Source of the DNA: Eledone cirrhosa
Lineage: Eukaryota
Assembly (NCBI GenBank): GCA_964016885.1
Contig: OZ024743.1
Span: forward strand, 305,350,001 to 305,414,000
Direction of reading: 5' to 3'
DNA length: 64,000 nucleotides
In this document: piece after piece, positions 1 through 12,425 of the stretch
Numbering within the stretch: position 1 is the stretch's first letter
Layout: each line of letters opens with the position of its first letter
Notes under the pieces: generated by a model
What the model was told of the DNA's origin: nothing
The model's database searches: none
The model's input: the letters and a program-made list of their open reading frames with translations, nothing else
Position numbers and translations under genes: made by a program

Positions 1-170
1 GGAATGATAGGGACCCCAGTCCCTATCTTCTCATTTATACAGCTGAGTAAACTGTAACAATGTGAAATAAAGTGTCTTGCACAAAGAAACAACACATCAC
101 CTGATCTGAGAATTGAACTCACAACCTTTCGATTGCAAGGCCAATGCTCTAACCACTAAGCCATGTGCTT
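1..170 (-). mobile_element. tRNA-derived SINE, CORE-like family (5' part)
   Basis: reverse complement matches the head of the copy at 50073 (ggcttagtggttagagcattgg...gttcaattctc...caagacactttatttcac). Confidence 0.7.
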
Positions 171-1490
171 CCATGTGCCTCATAGTATATTGGGTGTGTT
201 TTATTGTAGCACCAACACTATAGATGTTGTGAAGTCCTCAACAGGACCAAACGGTCCTCTATATCCTATGTAGTCTTGATCTGATTGTCCTTAACTTTAC
301 AGGGAATACTGAGTGTATTTTATTGTGACAGCAACACTAGGCTAAAAGGGACATTTCTGCCCTATTCAGTCACCAATTTCTCATAAATCAACCTTTTGCT
401 TAGCAGTGCTAGTACAGATGATGGGTCCTTCTAATACATCAAGTTGCCAGTCAATATGATCGAGTATCATCACCTTCATGGGGTTCAGTTTCTTGAAGTC
501 ATTTTTCATTACTTAATTTCTTGTCTTCGTTGGTCTCCCTCTTCCATGTGTTTCATCTGCTACAAATACTTGTGACTTTTTTTATATAGTTCTCACTCAC
601 CTTACTCATCACATATCCATACCAACATAATGTTCTCTTTTACATACTACATCCGACTCTTCTTATCAGTATTTTGAAATATGGGAGTTTGAAGAATACT
701 GAGTGCATAGTTATCTAATACTTGTGATAGTGGACAGGTTATCTAATATGGTTGAATACAATGAAACAATCAAAAATGATATTATGCTCATAGTTGTTGG
801 TAGTTATATGAAAGATACATTGATAAACTACTCAAGATACGATAGACACAAACCTGTGATATAGTGGAATTTCATTATATCATTTGTTTTTGTGCCACCC
901 TGTATATACACACAAATATCAAGTTGTTAAGTATATGATAATAAGTGTCTCTGTCAGTTTTCAACTATGAGCATTTTGGTTGTTTAATCAATAGAATAGC
1001 CCACTTGTGAAATTAACATGCAAGTGGCTAAGCATTCCACAAATATGTATACCTTTAATGTAATTCTCATGGGGATACAGTGTGACACAGTGTGTGATAA
1101 GGCTTGTAGTCTGAATGATAAATACAATCCATCTGATGGGCTTCTAAACAGTATCTGTCCATCCAGTTTCCCTGGTAACTTGTTGGTGATTCAACTTGAT
1201 GTGTTCACAATTAAGAATATGCAACACTATCAAAGCAGCTGATATTCATATATATTAATAATTCCATAAGAAAAAACTATTATACCCAGCATAATTAAAA
1301 TATATTTCTGCTAGTTGTACAAATTAACAAAGCTTGTGGATATATTGAGAATGAAGCATTCTGTGATGAAAGATTGAAAAGAAATGTGCTTTAGAATACA
1401 GTTTGGTTACCAAAAGTGTTGACTTGGTGAGTAATTCCTCCTTTATAATTGAATTTATTTCTTAACTCAAACATTTTATATTAATTGCAG

Positions 1491-1610
1491 ACTGGAATAT
1501 TAGCTGTAATTTTAATAGAGACAGTTGTGGTTATGATTTTGCAAAGGATTATTATCGGAGAGGCTGGAGCATTAAGAGGATTTCAGGACTAATTGACAGG
1601 AAAACTGGGG
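1491..1610 (+). CDS. MAM gene exon, MAM1 N-half (DWNISCNFNRDSCGYDF...GWSIKR...)
   Basis: ttgcag| acceptor, G|gtaatt donor, 120 nt, phase 1-1, CxF...CxY motif; absent from the ORF track. Confidence 0.8.
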
Positions 1611-1802
1611 GTAATTATTTTTGTTCTATTTCTTATTGTTTTACGGAGAAATAATTAAAAATGGTAATCAATAATTTCAAATAATATTAAAGGATAATGA
1701 GTTCTTATATTTACATACCTGTAACCAATCTTTGGCATGAAGCTGACAGGGCAACAGGACAAATATATATAAGTTAACAAAATTACAAGCACAGCATATA
1801 AA

Positions 1803-2812
1803 TATGTCTTAGTTAGTACCCAAGGCAGGGAATTGGCTGGGATATCTTATTTAGTACCCAAGGCAGGGAATTGGCAGGGATATCATATTTAGTACCCAAG
1901 GCAGGGAATTGGCAGGGATATCTTATTTAGTACCCAAGGCAGGGAAGTGGCAGGGATATCTTATTTAGTACCCAAGGCAGGGAAGTGGCAGGGATATCTT
2001 ATTTAGTACCCAAGGCAGGGAATTGGCAGGGATATCTTATTTAGTACCCAAGGCAGGGAATTGGCAGGGATATCTTATTTAGTACCCAAGGCAGGGAATT
2101 GGCAGGGATATCTTATTTAGTACCCAAGGCAGGGAATTGGCAGGGATATCTTATTTAGTACCCAAGGCAGGGAATTGGCAGGGATATCTTATTTAGTACC
2201 CAAGGCAGGGAATTGGCAGGGATATCTTATTTAGTACCCAAGGCAGGGAATTGACAGGGATATCTTATTTAGTACCCAAGGCAGGGAATTGGCAGGGATA
2301 TCTTATTTAGTACCCAAGGCAGGGAATTGGCAGGGATATCTTATTTAGTACCCAAGGCAGGGAATTGACAGGGATATCTTATTTAGTACCCAAGGCAGGG
2401 AATTGGCAGGGATGTCTTAGTACGCAAGGCAGGGAATTGGCAGGGATATCATATTTAGTACCCAAGGCAGGGAATTGACAGGGATATCTTATTTAGTACC
2501 CAAGGCAGGGAATTGACAGGGATATCTTATTTAGTACCCAAGGCATGGAATTATAGGGATGTCTTAGTTTGTAATCAAGGCAGGGAATTGGCAGGGATAC
2601 CTTATTTAGTACCCAAGGCAGAGAATTAACAAGTTTGTCTTATTTAGTACCCAAAGCAGGGAATTGGCAGGGATATCTTATTTAGTACCCAAGGCAGGGA
2701 ATTGGCAGGGATGTCTTAGTACCCAAGGCAGGGAATTGGCAGGGATATCTTATTTAGTACCCAAGGCAGGGAATTGGCAGGGATGTCTTAGTACACAAGG
2801 CAGGGAATTGGC
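1803..2812. repeat. 38-bp minisatellite, ~26 copies (tagtacccaaggcagggaattggcagggatatcttatt)
   Basis: direct tandem copies at a 38-nt period, no spacers. Confidence 0.97.
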
Positions 2813-2960
2813 ACAATCAGTATGGCATCTGATTAAAAAATACCTTGGTAATATGTACTGGCTCATTTTGTTCTGAGTTCAAATTTTGCTGAGGTTAATT
2901 TTGCCTTTCACCTTTTCAAGTTCAGTAAATAAAGCAGCAGTCCAGTACAAGGGTTGAGTC
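2797..2960 (+). mobile_element. Degenerate tRNA-derived SINE (Meta/MESC-like core)
   Basis: tgagttcaaat B-box followed by gaggttaattttgcctttca core, shared with other copies in the window. Confidence 0.65.
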
Positions 2961-3339
2961 TCTCCCCCCACCCCTCTCTCTCTCTCTCCGATTGCTCATT
3001 AAATGAAGTTGATAATTTCTGTTAAGGGATCACGTTTATGTTGGAAAACTAGAGTAAGAAAAGTAGTTCATAATTTCTCTTCAGAGAAGTACGGTTGTTT
3101 GTTGGTGTAACCAACTTCAGAATCATCCTACATTCAAATAACACACTGATGTAAAGTCAATGATAGAGTCTATATTAGTAGAGTATATTATTGGTCACTA
3201 AACTGACAGCCAAGATCTCATACAATTTGGAAGGAAGGAGATTCAGTAACAGCTATAGTGTGTCCCCACCAATGTACAGAGTCACACTCTAAAATCACAA
3301 GCCCTTTTCACCACCCTCAAATAGTGCACCCTAGAGCTA

Positions 3340-3500
3340 GTATCTAATCTCACTAAGATCTAAGACCTTATGCTCTCTCTCAACAGGAATTAGTCCTAAT
3401 TTGTGGAAACATGCCACAGTATCTCTCTTTTCTAAAAAATCTAATGTCCCTGACCTGCCAAGTATCAACTTATCACACTCACTTCCAACACTTTATAAAA
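3340..3500 (+). mobile_element. Highly decayed CR1/Jockey-type LINE RT fragment
   Basis: translates to LSTGISPNLWKHATVSLFSKK...YQLITLTS, resembling the G.FP..WK.A.V.P..KK...NYRPISL RT N-terminal motif. Confidence 0.4.
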
Positions 3501-3889
3501 AAAGTAATCTTCTACAACATTGCAATTTTCTATGGTGAGACTTGCCCAACATTACCATTTATGTCAGTTCACCCATAACTTTTGAATGGCTGGAGATAAA
3601 TATAACTAAAGTATATTAGTTTTTGCTTATGCAGTGTTTAGTTGGCTGTGATGGCTGCCTACTTGGTCTAGGACATATATGTCAGTCATGTAGGCTGTCT
3701 TCATAATCTACAGCATACTATACCAGTACCATTATTCTAATATATTGCTTTTGTGTCAAGACTCAGTAGACAGATCCCACTGGAAAACCAAAGACCTCAC
3801 CACTTGCAATATAAATGAATATAAAACCTTGATGTTAAAAATATATTTATAAGTAATTAATAGTGTTATTTAAAATTTTTTTTTTCTAA

Positions 3890-4080
3890 ATAATTGTTTC
3901 TACTTTAAGCACAAGGCCAGCAATTACTCAGTGCATTACTGGTACTTTATTTTATCGACCCCGTAAGGATGAAAGGCAAAGTCAACCTCGGCGGGATTTG
4001 AACTCAGATCGTAAAGGGACGTAACTATGCTGGAAAGCATGGCGTCCGACCCTCTACCGATACTGCCAATCCACCGCCCT
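3890..4080 (-). mobile_element. tRNA-derived SINE (Meta/MESC-like core)
   Basis: reverse complement has A-box-like head gattggcagtatcggtaga, B-box gagttcaaatccc and core gactttgcctttcatccttacggggtcgataaaataaagtaccag. Confidence 0.85.
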
Positions 4081-4238
4081 TTTTTTTTCTAAATAATGAT
4101 ACGGAAACTGAAATATGTTTTGTTTTTTTCCAATTATAAATCGAATCTATTTTATTTTGCAAGTATATCTTTGCAAATAAATAGCATAGTTAAATTTTAA
4201 TAGTGAAAATAACTACAACTTATCTGTTTGTTTTATAG

Positions 4239-4580
4239 GAGACTATCTGGCCTATGAAAGTTACTACAGTCGCGGGAGTAAAAGCTCTGTGATATCACCT
4301 ATGGCTGATTTACCGCCATTCAACACCAAAGTCACTTTCTCTTACTACATGACTGGTAGTGAACTACAAGTAAGATTTGTGGATGATGGAGTAAAACCAC
4401 AGAATACTGAAGCAAAATATGACTGGCAAGATTCTGGAAACCATGGGGATAAATGGCAATATGGTTGCATGAATTTACCCAGTAAAAGAGGAAGAATTAT
4501 AATCACTGCTAGTGCTGGAAATGCAATACATAGAAGAATGGCTCTTGATGATATTACTATTGAGAATGGCACTTGTCAAA
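4239..4580 (+). CDS. MAM gene exon, MAM1 C-half (GDYLAYES...ISP...FSYYMTG...W...MALDDITIENGTCQ)
   Basis: tttatag| acceptor, A|gtacgt donor, phase 1-1; overlaps ORF 4289-4768. Confidence 0.9.
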
Positions 4581-5119
4581 GTACGTATACTTGTTTTTCC
4601 CTTATTTACATGTGTTGCTCAGGTTTTTCAGCATTGCTGAACTATTCTAAGTATCTTACTTTTGTGTTGCCATTTTTTATGAAAAATATATATTCTCATA
4701 TTTTAACTAAACTATTTATAACTTCACAGATGGAAACACTAAGTAGAGATCTACCCAATAAGGGTTGACCTGGGCATAAATAATAACAATTCACAAACTG
4801 AATTAATGTATTATATAGCTGTGTGTTTAAAAAAATGTGTATGGCAACAATGAGGGCATGAGAACTATCCTACTAAATGGCACTTTAACCAAGTGTCCTT
4901 AATTATAGTCTCAGACCAACCAATGTTTTGAGTGAATTTGGTAGAGGGAATCTATATGAAGCCTATCTTTTGTATGTGTGCTTGTGTGTGCATGTGTGTG
5001 TGTATATGTGTGTGTATGTGTGTGCATGTGCATACATGCTCTGTTGCCAGTAGTCACGAAAGTCATATCAATACCATTTATAAAAACCTTACAGTGACAA
5101 GTTATGTCCTCCTAAATAA

Positions 5120-5311
5120 TGATTTCTAGTATAAGCACAAGGTCAGTAATTTGGGGGGAAGGGGAAAGTCGATTAAATCGACCCCAGTACGTTACTGGTG
5201 CTTTATTTTATCGACCCCGTAAGGATGAAAGGCAAAGTTAACGTTGGCGAATTTGAACTCAGAACTTAAAGAGCCATAACTCTATGCTGCATAGCATGGT
5301 GTCTGATGCTC

Positions 5312-5312
<1 letters not shown>
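5120..5312 (-). mobile_element. tRNA-derived SINE, same family, head cut at (TAA)n
   Basis: same core in reverse; ends abruptly at the (AAT)n tract preceding the Dong element. Confidence 0.8.
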
Positions 5313-5341
<29 letters not shown>

Positions 5342-5344
<3 letters not shown>

Positions 5345-6745
5345 TCCTTGGCAGTCCCAGTTGTCACTTATAGCTTCGGTGTGTTGAACTGGAATATGAG
5401 TGAAAGCAAAAGTATCGACACCAAAGTCCGTAAGCTACTGACCTGTAATAGGATGCACCATCCAAAAGCAGATGTAGATCGTCTTTACCTTCCTAGAACT
5501 GAAGGAGGCCGTGGCCTGATCCAATTTGAATTTGCTTACAAGACCACCATCATTGGACTGGCCAAATACCTAGAAACAACTAACGACTGTATGCTGAAAC
5601 TTATTGAAATGCATGAGAGAAGTAAGAAGCTTCATTCTATCTTGAAGGAGAGCAAAAATTATGCTACTGATCTCATGCTAGATACCCAGGCTGGACAGAC
5701 TAAAGAAACTGTTCCAACTGATGCTGCTAGGCACATAAAATCACTGGCAAAAGCAAAAGGGCAAGGACAATTAGCATCAAATTGGGAGCAGAAACCCTCT
5801 GCATCGCAAATATGTGGCCTGTAGCAAACAAGCTGATGTTGAACAAAAGCACACCCATCAGTGGCTATGTAGTTCAAGGCTAAAGCCGGAGAGTGAAGGT
5901 TTCATCTTAGCTGCCCAAGATCAAAGCTTATTGACTCATAATTACCAGGCCAATGTGATGAGAAACGGAATAAACCCAAAGTGCCGATTCTGCAATGCTG
6001 GGGTTGAAACAGTGGATCACTTAGTCTCTGGATGTAAAGTTTTAGCACCAGTAGAATACAAATATAGACATGACAGAGTTGGCCAATATCTACACTGGGG
6101 TAATATGTCGGCATTACAAAATCAAAGCAGAAGACAAGTGGTACAACCATCACCCTGAGGCTGTAACTGAAGGAGAAAAAGTAACAATTCTCTGGGACTT
6201 TCCTGTACATACTGACAGGACCATAAAAGAAAATAGATCTGACATCATTATAAAAGATCAACATAACAAGGTTTGTTTGTTGATAGATATGAGCATCCCA
6301 TGTGATCACAATATCGCGGCAAAAGAATTTGACAAGCTACGAAAATATAAATATCTGCTTATTGAAATTGAGAAAATGTGGCACCTCAAGGCTGTTACAA
6401 TACCATTGATTGTGGGAGGATTGGGAATGATTAAGAAAGGAACAGAACAATATTTGCAAATGATTCCTGGTTTACAATCTCTGCTGCACGAGGTGTAAAA
6501 AATTGTTTTTGACTGGTACTGCACACGTATTGAGAAGAGCACTATCTCTGTAAGATTGATATCCCTCCTTGTATTTACATATGCATATGCACATGTGTAT
6601 ATATGTATACTGTTATTTTAATTTTTTATTTATAATCAATGTGCTGTATTAACTGGCTTACCAATGCACACTGTGAATTTATTTGTCCTAGGTGTCAGGA
6701 TGACACTCGGCATATATCTCAGAAACTATAATGAAAGAAAATAAA
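5342..6745 (+). mobile_element. R4/Dong-clade non-LTR retrotransposon, 5'-truncated (thumb, CCHC and restriction-like endonuclease)
   Basis: MHHPKADVDRLYLPRTEGGRGL, AAQDQ, CRFC...ETVDHLVSGC, RHD, ILWDFPVHTD...DII...IDMSIP...K..KY; frameshifted; (TAA)n on both sides. Confidence 0.9.
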
Positions 6746-6763
6746 AATAATAATAATAATAAT

Positions 6764-7345
6764 GTTATCTCTGGGTGTCCAGAGCTGGTAAAAACTGACT
6801 ATATTGAAAGTCACAACAGCATTGCCAAATATGTGCACTGGATGCTCTGCCGCTTTCATGACATCCAAACGTCTAACAAATTGTATGAACATCAACCATA
6901 AACAGTCATAGAAAAGGGCAACAAATCCATCTTGTGGGAAATGCCTGTGATAACCGACCAAAAAAAAAAATCACTGCCAACAGACCAGATATCATCATAA
7001 AAAACAAAACAGATCGGACATGTAGCCTTATATATATGTCCATACGAGCTGACAAGAATACATCTATAAAAACAATGGCAAAACTGTCAAACTACAAAGA
7101 CCTGGAAATAGAGATCAACCACATGTGGAAGGTGTCCTGTAGTAATAGGAGCATTAGGATTAATACCCATCCTTCCCTGCAAGATGAGCAAATATGAGCT
7201 ACAGAAGATCGAGCTACTAGGAACACCACACATTCTCAGACAAGTACTCTCTCTTCAATGAAAACATCTATTGCTTTAGGTTCAAGGCCTGAACCTGGCT
7301 ACAGAGAAACAACTGAGCTAAACAAAATAACACAACAAAAACAAT
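6764..7345 (+). mobile_element. R4/Dong 3' fragment (REL domain and 3' UTR)
   Basis: ITANRPDIIIKNK...KLSNYKDLEIEI; close match to 11150-11475; starts after (TAA)n and ends in an AAT-rich tract. Confidence 0.85.
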
Positions 7346-7404
7346 AATAATGACATTAATAATAATAATTATTATTAATATTATTGAAGTTAATGAACTA
7401 ATAT

Positions 7405-7705
7405 TATTTCATCCTTACAGGGTCGATAAAATAAAGTACCAGTAATACACTGGGATAATTGCTGGCCTTGTGCCAACAAGTAGAAACAATTATTTCATAA
7501 CTGGTGGTGGATTGGCAGTATCCATAGACGGTCGGACACCATGCTTTCCAGCATAGTTACGTCCCTTTATGGTTTGAGTTCAATTTCTGCCAAGGTTAAC
7601 TTTGCCTTTCATCCTTACGGGGTTGATAAAATAAAGTACCAGTAATGCACTTGGATAATTGCTGCACTTGTGCCAAAAAGTAGAAAGTATTATTTCATAA
7701 CTGGA
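7405..7705 (+). mobile_element. Two tandem SINE copies (first 5'-truncated); second flanked by TSD tatttcataactgg
   Basis: SINE core occurs twice; direct repeat at 7491-7504 and 7691-7704. Confidence 0.8.
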
Positions 7706-7899
7706 AGTATCATTGTTATGAAGAATTTAAAATGCATTTATCTAGAAGCGATACAAATGTCTTGGTTGTTATTTTAGTAATGGATTGTAGCGTTATTTAC
7801 TGTCATTTTGAAAATTATTGAAGTTAATAAGCTTACAATATTTCATAACTGGAAGTATCATGTTGAAGAGAAGAAGTTAAAGAAAAATCAATAAAAAGC

Positions 7900-10800
7900 A
7901 CCAGTAGTAGGGAATGTGAGTGTCTTAATGGGACACCACGCCCTGCTAATATTATCTTGGTACCCAACACTTCATTGGATCACGAACCCCACTGGTGCGT
8001 GGGCTAGATCATTACTAGGATCAGTGGCTATGGGAGAGTACCCAGGCAGAAAACTAAACCCTTAACAAATTGATGGTACAAACAAGAAGTAAATCATACT
8101 GCATCAGTCATCACGTGGATTACCAAGGTCCACGTCGCTCAGTGAGGAACCACACCGAGGTAAAAATATCAGTAAATGGTACAACCCTCTCCCATACACC
8201 CTGCAGTGACCCACATACTGCGGATAGACCTCACAATCAGCCACAGGGTGACAACATCAAGGTACATGCTAAAAAGCCATGACAAACATGGACCAGAGAA
8301 GAATACAAAGCAGTGATGGCTGCATACTATACTGTCATCCTGTTTCCAAGAGAGAATTCGTCAACACAAGAAACTTATAGAATCTGGAGGAATTCCAACC
8401 TTAACTCTAGAGAATACATATACATGAATAAGTTAGCTAACTTGAGAAGAGACGTTATGAGGAGCAAAAGGTTCACTGAATCAGAATTGGAAACCATTAA
8501 AGGAGAGATGAGTGGCTAACATAACAACCCCAGTCAAGAAGCATACCTGCATATAACACAAGCAGCAGACAGTGAGAGTATTACTGAAACTCCCACAGTT
8601 GAGAACCTCCCTGAACATGAACATGTAGGTGATGGCTCACTGGTTGATGCTGCTGTCTGGACAATAAAGAAAGATATTCTGCGTGAGAGGAAGATTCTGA
8701 AAATGCAGGACTTGATAGATCGGAAAAAAATGTACAAAGTGCCCACAGACATGCATCAACTAAAGAAGAAGGTCAACCTAGCTAACAAAGCACTAGAGGT
8801 AATCAGAGGGAACACAGAAAACTACTAACACTTGATGAAATTAACCAGCTGCTATATGCCACTGCAACCGTGATTGCTGGCAAGCTGCACCATAAAATGC
8901 GTAAAGGGAAAAATAAACAGAAAGGGAATACTGAAATGGCAGACACCGCTGGAGAACAAAATTACAGAGTTGAGGAGAGATGTCTCTCTCGTATTCGAAA
9001 TAGATAAGGGAACTGATATCCACCCCCAAAAGCTTTCTAGACAGAGGAAGAAATACAAGGCCAACCAGACAACAGACTGGAAAGAAATTGCTGAATCAGT
9101 CAAGTAAAAGATACAGGCAAAGGCGCAGAGACTAAAAAGATGCAAAAAGAGAGCCAACTTTTTTAAACAAAACAACATCTTTGCCAAAGGTGACAAAAGA
9201 TTTTATAGAGAGTTATGTAAGAAAAATATTGAAATAAGGCAACCACCTGAGCTTGATGAAGTTGAACAATTTTGGGCAAATATCTGGGAAAAAGCTAAAG
9301 ACCACAACTCCAATGCCACATGGCTGAAACAATTGGAAATCCCTACTTGAACTCAGGAATGGAATTAGATCACCTCTCAAGAAATAAAAACAGCAGTCAG
9401 CAATGCTGGAAACTGGAAATCCCCTGGCAGAGATGGTGTGCAGAATTTGTAACTGAAACATCTGGATGTGCTCCATGAAGCCTTGGCTGCTGAATTCTCC
9501 AGGATTGTAGCAAACCCAAGAAAGGTCCCAAAGTGGATGACAACTGGCATAACGTATCTTCTACCAAAGAATGAATGCACAGAATATCCAAAAACTTCAG
9601 ACCATTTACATGCCTCCCAACGATGTACACAGCCTTCATATCAGTGATTACCAACAGGGTCTACAATTACTTCGTCTTTGGAGATCTATTGCCACCTGAA
9701 CAAAAAGGCTGTAAACAAGAGAGTTATGGGTGCAAAAATCAGCTACTGATGAATAGATTCATAATGGAAAACTGCAAACAGAAAAATAAAAACTTGTCAA
9801 TGACCTGGATAGACTACAAGAAGGCATTTGACAGTGTACCTCAGACCACCACTACATGGATCATGAATACTCTAGAAATCCATCACATAGCACCTGAGAT
9901 CACAACTTTCCTGAAGGAAATGATGACAGACTGGAAATCTCCGATGGGCCTTCAACACCACAATGGACCACTGGAATCTAGACAGATCAAGATTAATCAT
10001 GGAATATTCCAAGGCGACACATTGACCCCTTTGCTGTTCTGTATGTCACTTGCTCCGTTAAGTAAGTTAGTGCAGAGGACAGGCTATGGATATAAAATAG
10101 ATAACAGCCACTACAGTCACCTTTATATGGATGATATCAAGTTATTTGGAAACAATGATGGGCAGCTGGAAGGTTTACTGCAAACAGTAAAACAATTCAG
10201 TGATGACATCCATGTGAAATTTAGACTGGACAAGTGTGCAAAAGCAACATTCAAGATAGAGTTGCTTTCTAACCATAAAGATATTATCATAGACCAACAA
10301 ACTACTATAAAGGAACTTAACAATCAAGAGTTCTACAAATATCTTGGAGTTAATGAAGGAGATGGAATCCAGCATGCAAGTATGAAGGGAAAGATACAGA
10401 AGGAGTACATAAAGAGAGTGAGACTGGTAACAAAAAGTGAGCTAAACCCCTGCAACAATTTCAAATACATTAACAGTCTAGCATTACCAGTTGTAACATA
10501 CCAGCTCTAATATCATAAACTGGAACCTGCAAGAACTACAAAGGTTGGACTCTAAGACAAGGAAACTATTGACAATGGAAAAAATGCACCACCCTAAAAT
10601 CAATGTACATATACGCTGTATATCTCAGAGAGAGAAAACGTAAGGGGGCTCCAACAACTGCAAACTGCATACAAAACATCAACTATTTGATTGGATAGCT
10701 ACCTCCACCACACCCAAGATGAAATCCTTAAGCCTGTACTCAAGCATGAATTAATTAAGAAACTACACTCAATAACAAAAGAGTCAAGAAAATTTAGGCA

Positions 10801-11475
10801 ATAGCTGAACATCGAACAAGACGTACCAATAGAAAATCAACAACAGAGAGCTGCACAGCTATCTATGACTGTAGAGATCAAAGCCAAGAAACTCCAAACA
10901 GTGTAACTAAACCGTAAATGGAAGGCAAAACCACTACATGGCAGATTCCCAGAACGATTTTCTGACAATGATATCGATCAGCATGGCTCACTATCCTGGC
11001 ACAGAAATATTGGTTTGAAAGTAGAGACTGAGGGACCCTTAGTTGCTACACAAAATCAATCTCTAAACACTTGGACCTATAGACACAGAATAGTGAAAGA
11101 TGGGACTATTCTATGCAGAATATGCTACAAACATGAAGAAACGGTAGATCATGTTATCTGGGTGTCCAGAGCTGGCAAAACTGACTATATCGAAAGACAC
11201 AATAGCATTGCCAAATATGTGCACAGGATCTGTCGCACTCATGACAGCCAAACGTATGACAGCCAAATGGTATGAACATCAACCATAAACAATCATGGAA
11301 AGGGCAACATATCCAATCTTGTGGGATATGCCTGTGATAACCAACTGAGAAATCACTGCCAACAGACCAGATATCATCATAAAAAACAAAACAGATTGGA
11401 GATGTAGCCTTATAGATATTTACATACCAGCTGACAAAAATACATCTATAAAAACAATGAAAAAACTGTCAAAAT
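7900..11475 (+). mobile_element. Near full-length decayed R4/Dong LINE (RT, CCHC and REL), 3' end lost
   Basis: ORF 9575-10510 RT: NFRPFTCLPTMY, PPEQKG, WIDYKKAFDSVP, GIFQGDTLTPLLF, YMDDIK, YKYLGV; downstream CRIC...ETVDH; many stops and frameshifts. Confidence 0.92.
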
Positions 11476-11660
11476 GAGGGTGGTAGTGGTCTGAATGACA
11501 ATGATGATGATAATGATGGTGATGTTGATGGTGGTGGCAGTAGTGGTGGTCTGAATCATGATGGTGATGATGATAGTGATGGTGATGATGATGATGGTGG
11601 TGGTCTTAATCATGATGATGATGTTGATGATGGTATTGGTCTTAATGATGATGATGTTGA
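11476..11660. repeat. Degenerate (GAT/GGT)n microsatellite
   Basis: visible trinucleotide runs. Confidence 0.85.
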
Positions 11661-11954
11661 GAATTGACTAATATATATAAGTAGTCTGGGAGAGCAACTG
11701 AATCTAGATGAGGCTCAGCAAGTCCTCAAGTTTTCATGTCTACACATCATCATCATCATCATTTTCGTTTAACTTCCATCTTCTACGCTAGCATAGGTGT
11801 TTTTATCCATAATTTGGGGGCAAGGCTAGACATGTTTATTTTCATATAGCATTAATTCTTATTATAGGGACATGTTATATAATTTTCTTATTTAAAATTT
11901 TCTAAATTATATTGTTTAATTCTAAGGTATATTATTATGTTAAGAACAAAGGTA

Positions 11955-12425
11955 GTTGTAAATTGGCAGTATTGCTAGAGTGTTGGACAACATGCTTTGC
12001 AGCATATAGTTACTGTCCTTTACATTCGAATTTAAAATCGCGTTGAGGTTATCTTTGCCTTTCATTCTTATGAGGTTGATAAGATAAAGCACCAGTTATG
12101 AAGTGGGGTTGATTTAATCAACTTCCCCCTTCTTTTGTACTGTTATTACCTTAACAACAGCAAGAAAAACTAATGTCAAAACTCCCACTTTAAATCTGAT
12201 TTAGTTTTATTCTTATTTCATATGTAATGACTATGGATTAACAGAATTGGTGGAGCACCAAACTTGTGAGATTTTGTTACATCTCTTTATTTTTTTGTGC
12301 TCAAATCTTGCCAAGACCGATTTTGCTTTTCATACTTGTGAGATTGATAAAATAAGTACATATTATGTACTTAAATGAATTTAATCAAATACTCCCTTCC
12401 CCCAAGTGTGTGGTCATGTACCTAT
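11955..12425 (+). mobile_element. Two decayed tRNA-derived SINE copies
   Basis: ttggcagtattgctagag head with gaggttatctttgcctttcat core; second copy ~12240-12425. Confidence 0.6.

Noticed and set aside
935-1215. 74-aa ORF 1018-1242 as a MAM-gene exon
   Set aside because: No MAM motifs; it looks like a decayed dispersed repeat whose family I cannot support from this window alone.
7905-8070. HDV-like ribozyme in the Dong 5' UTR
   Set aside because: Some hairpin potential (ccact/agtgg), but I could not assign P1, P1.1, P2 and P3 by eye; it needs a descriptor search.
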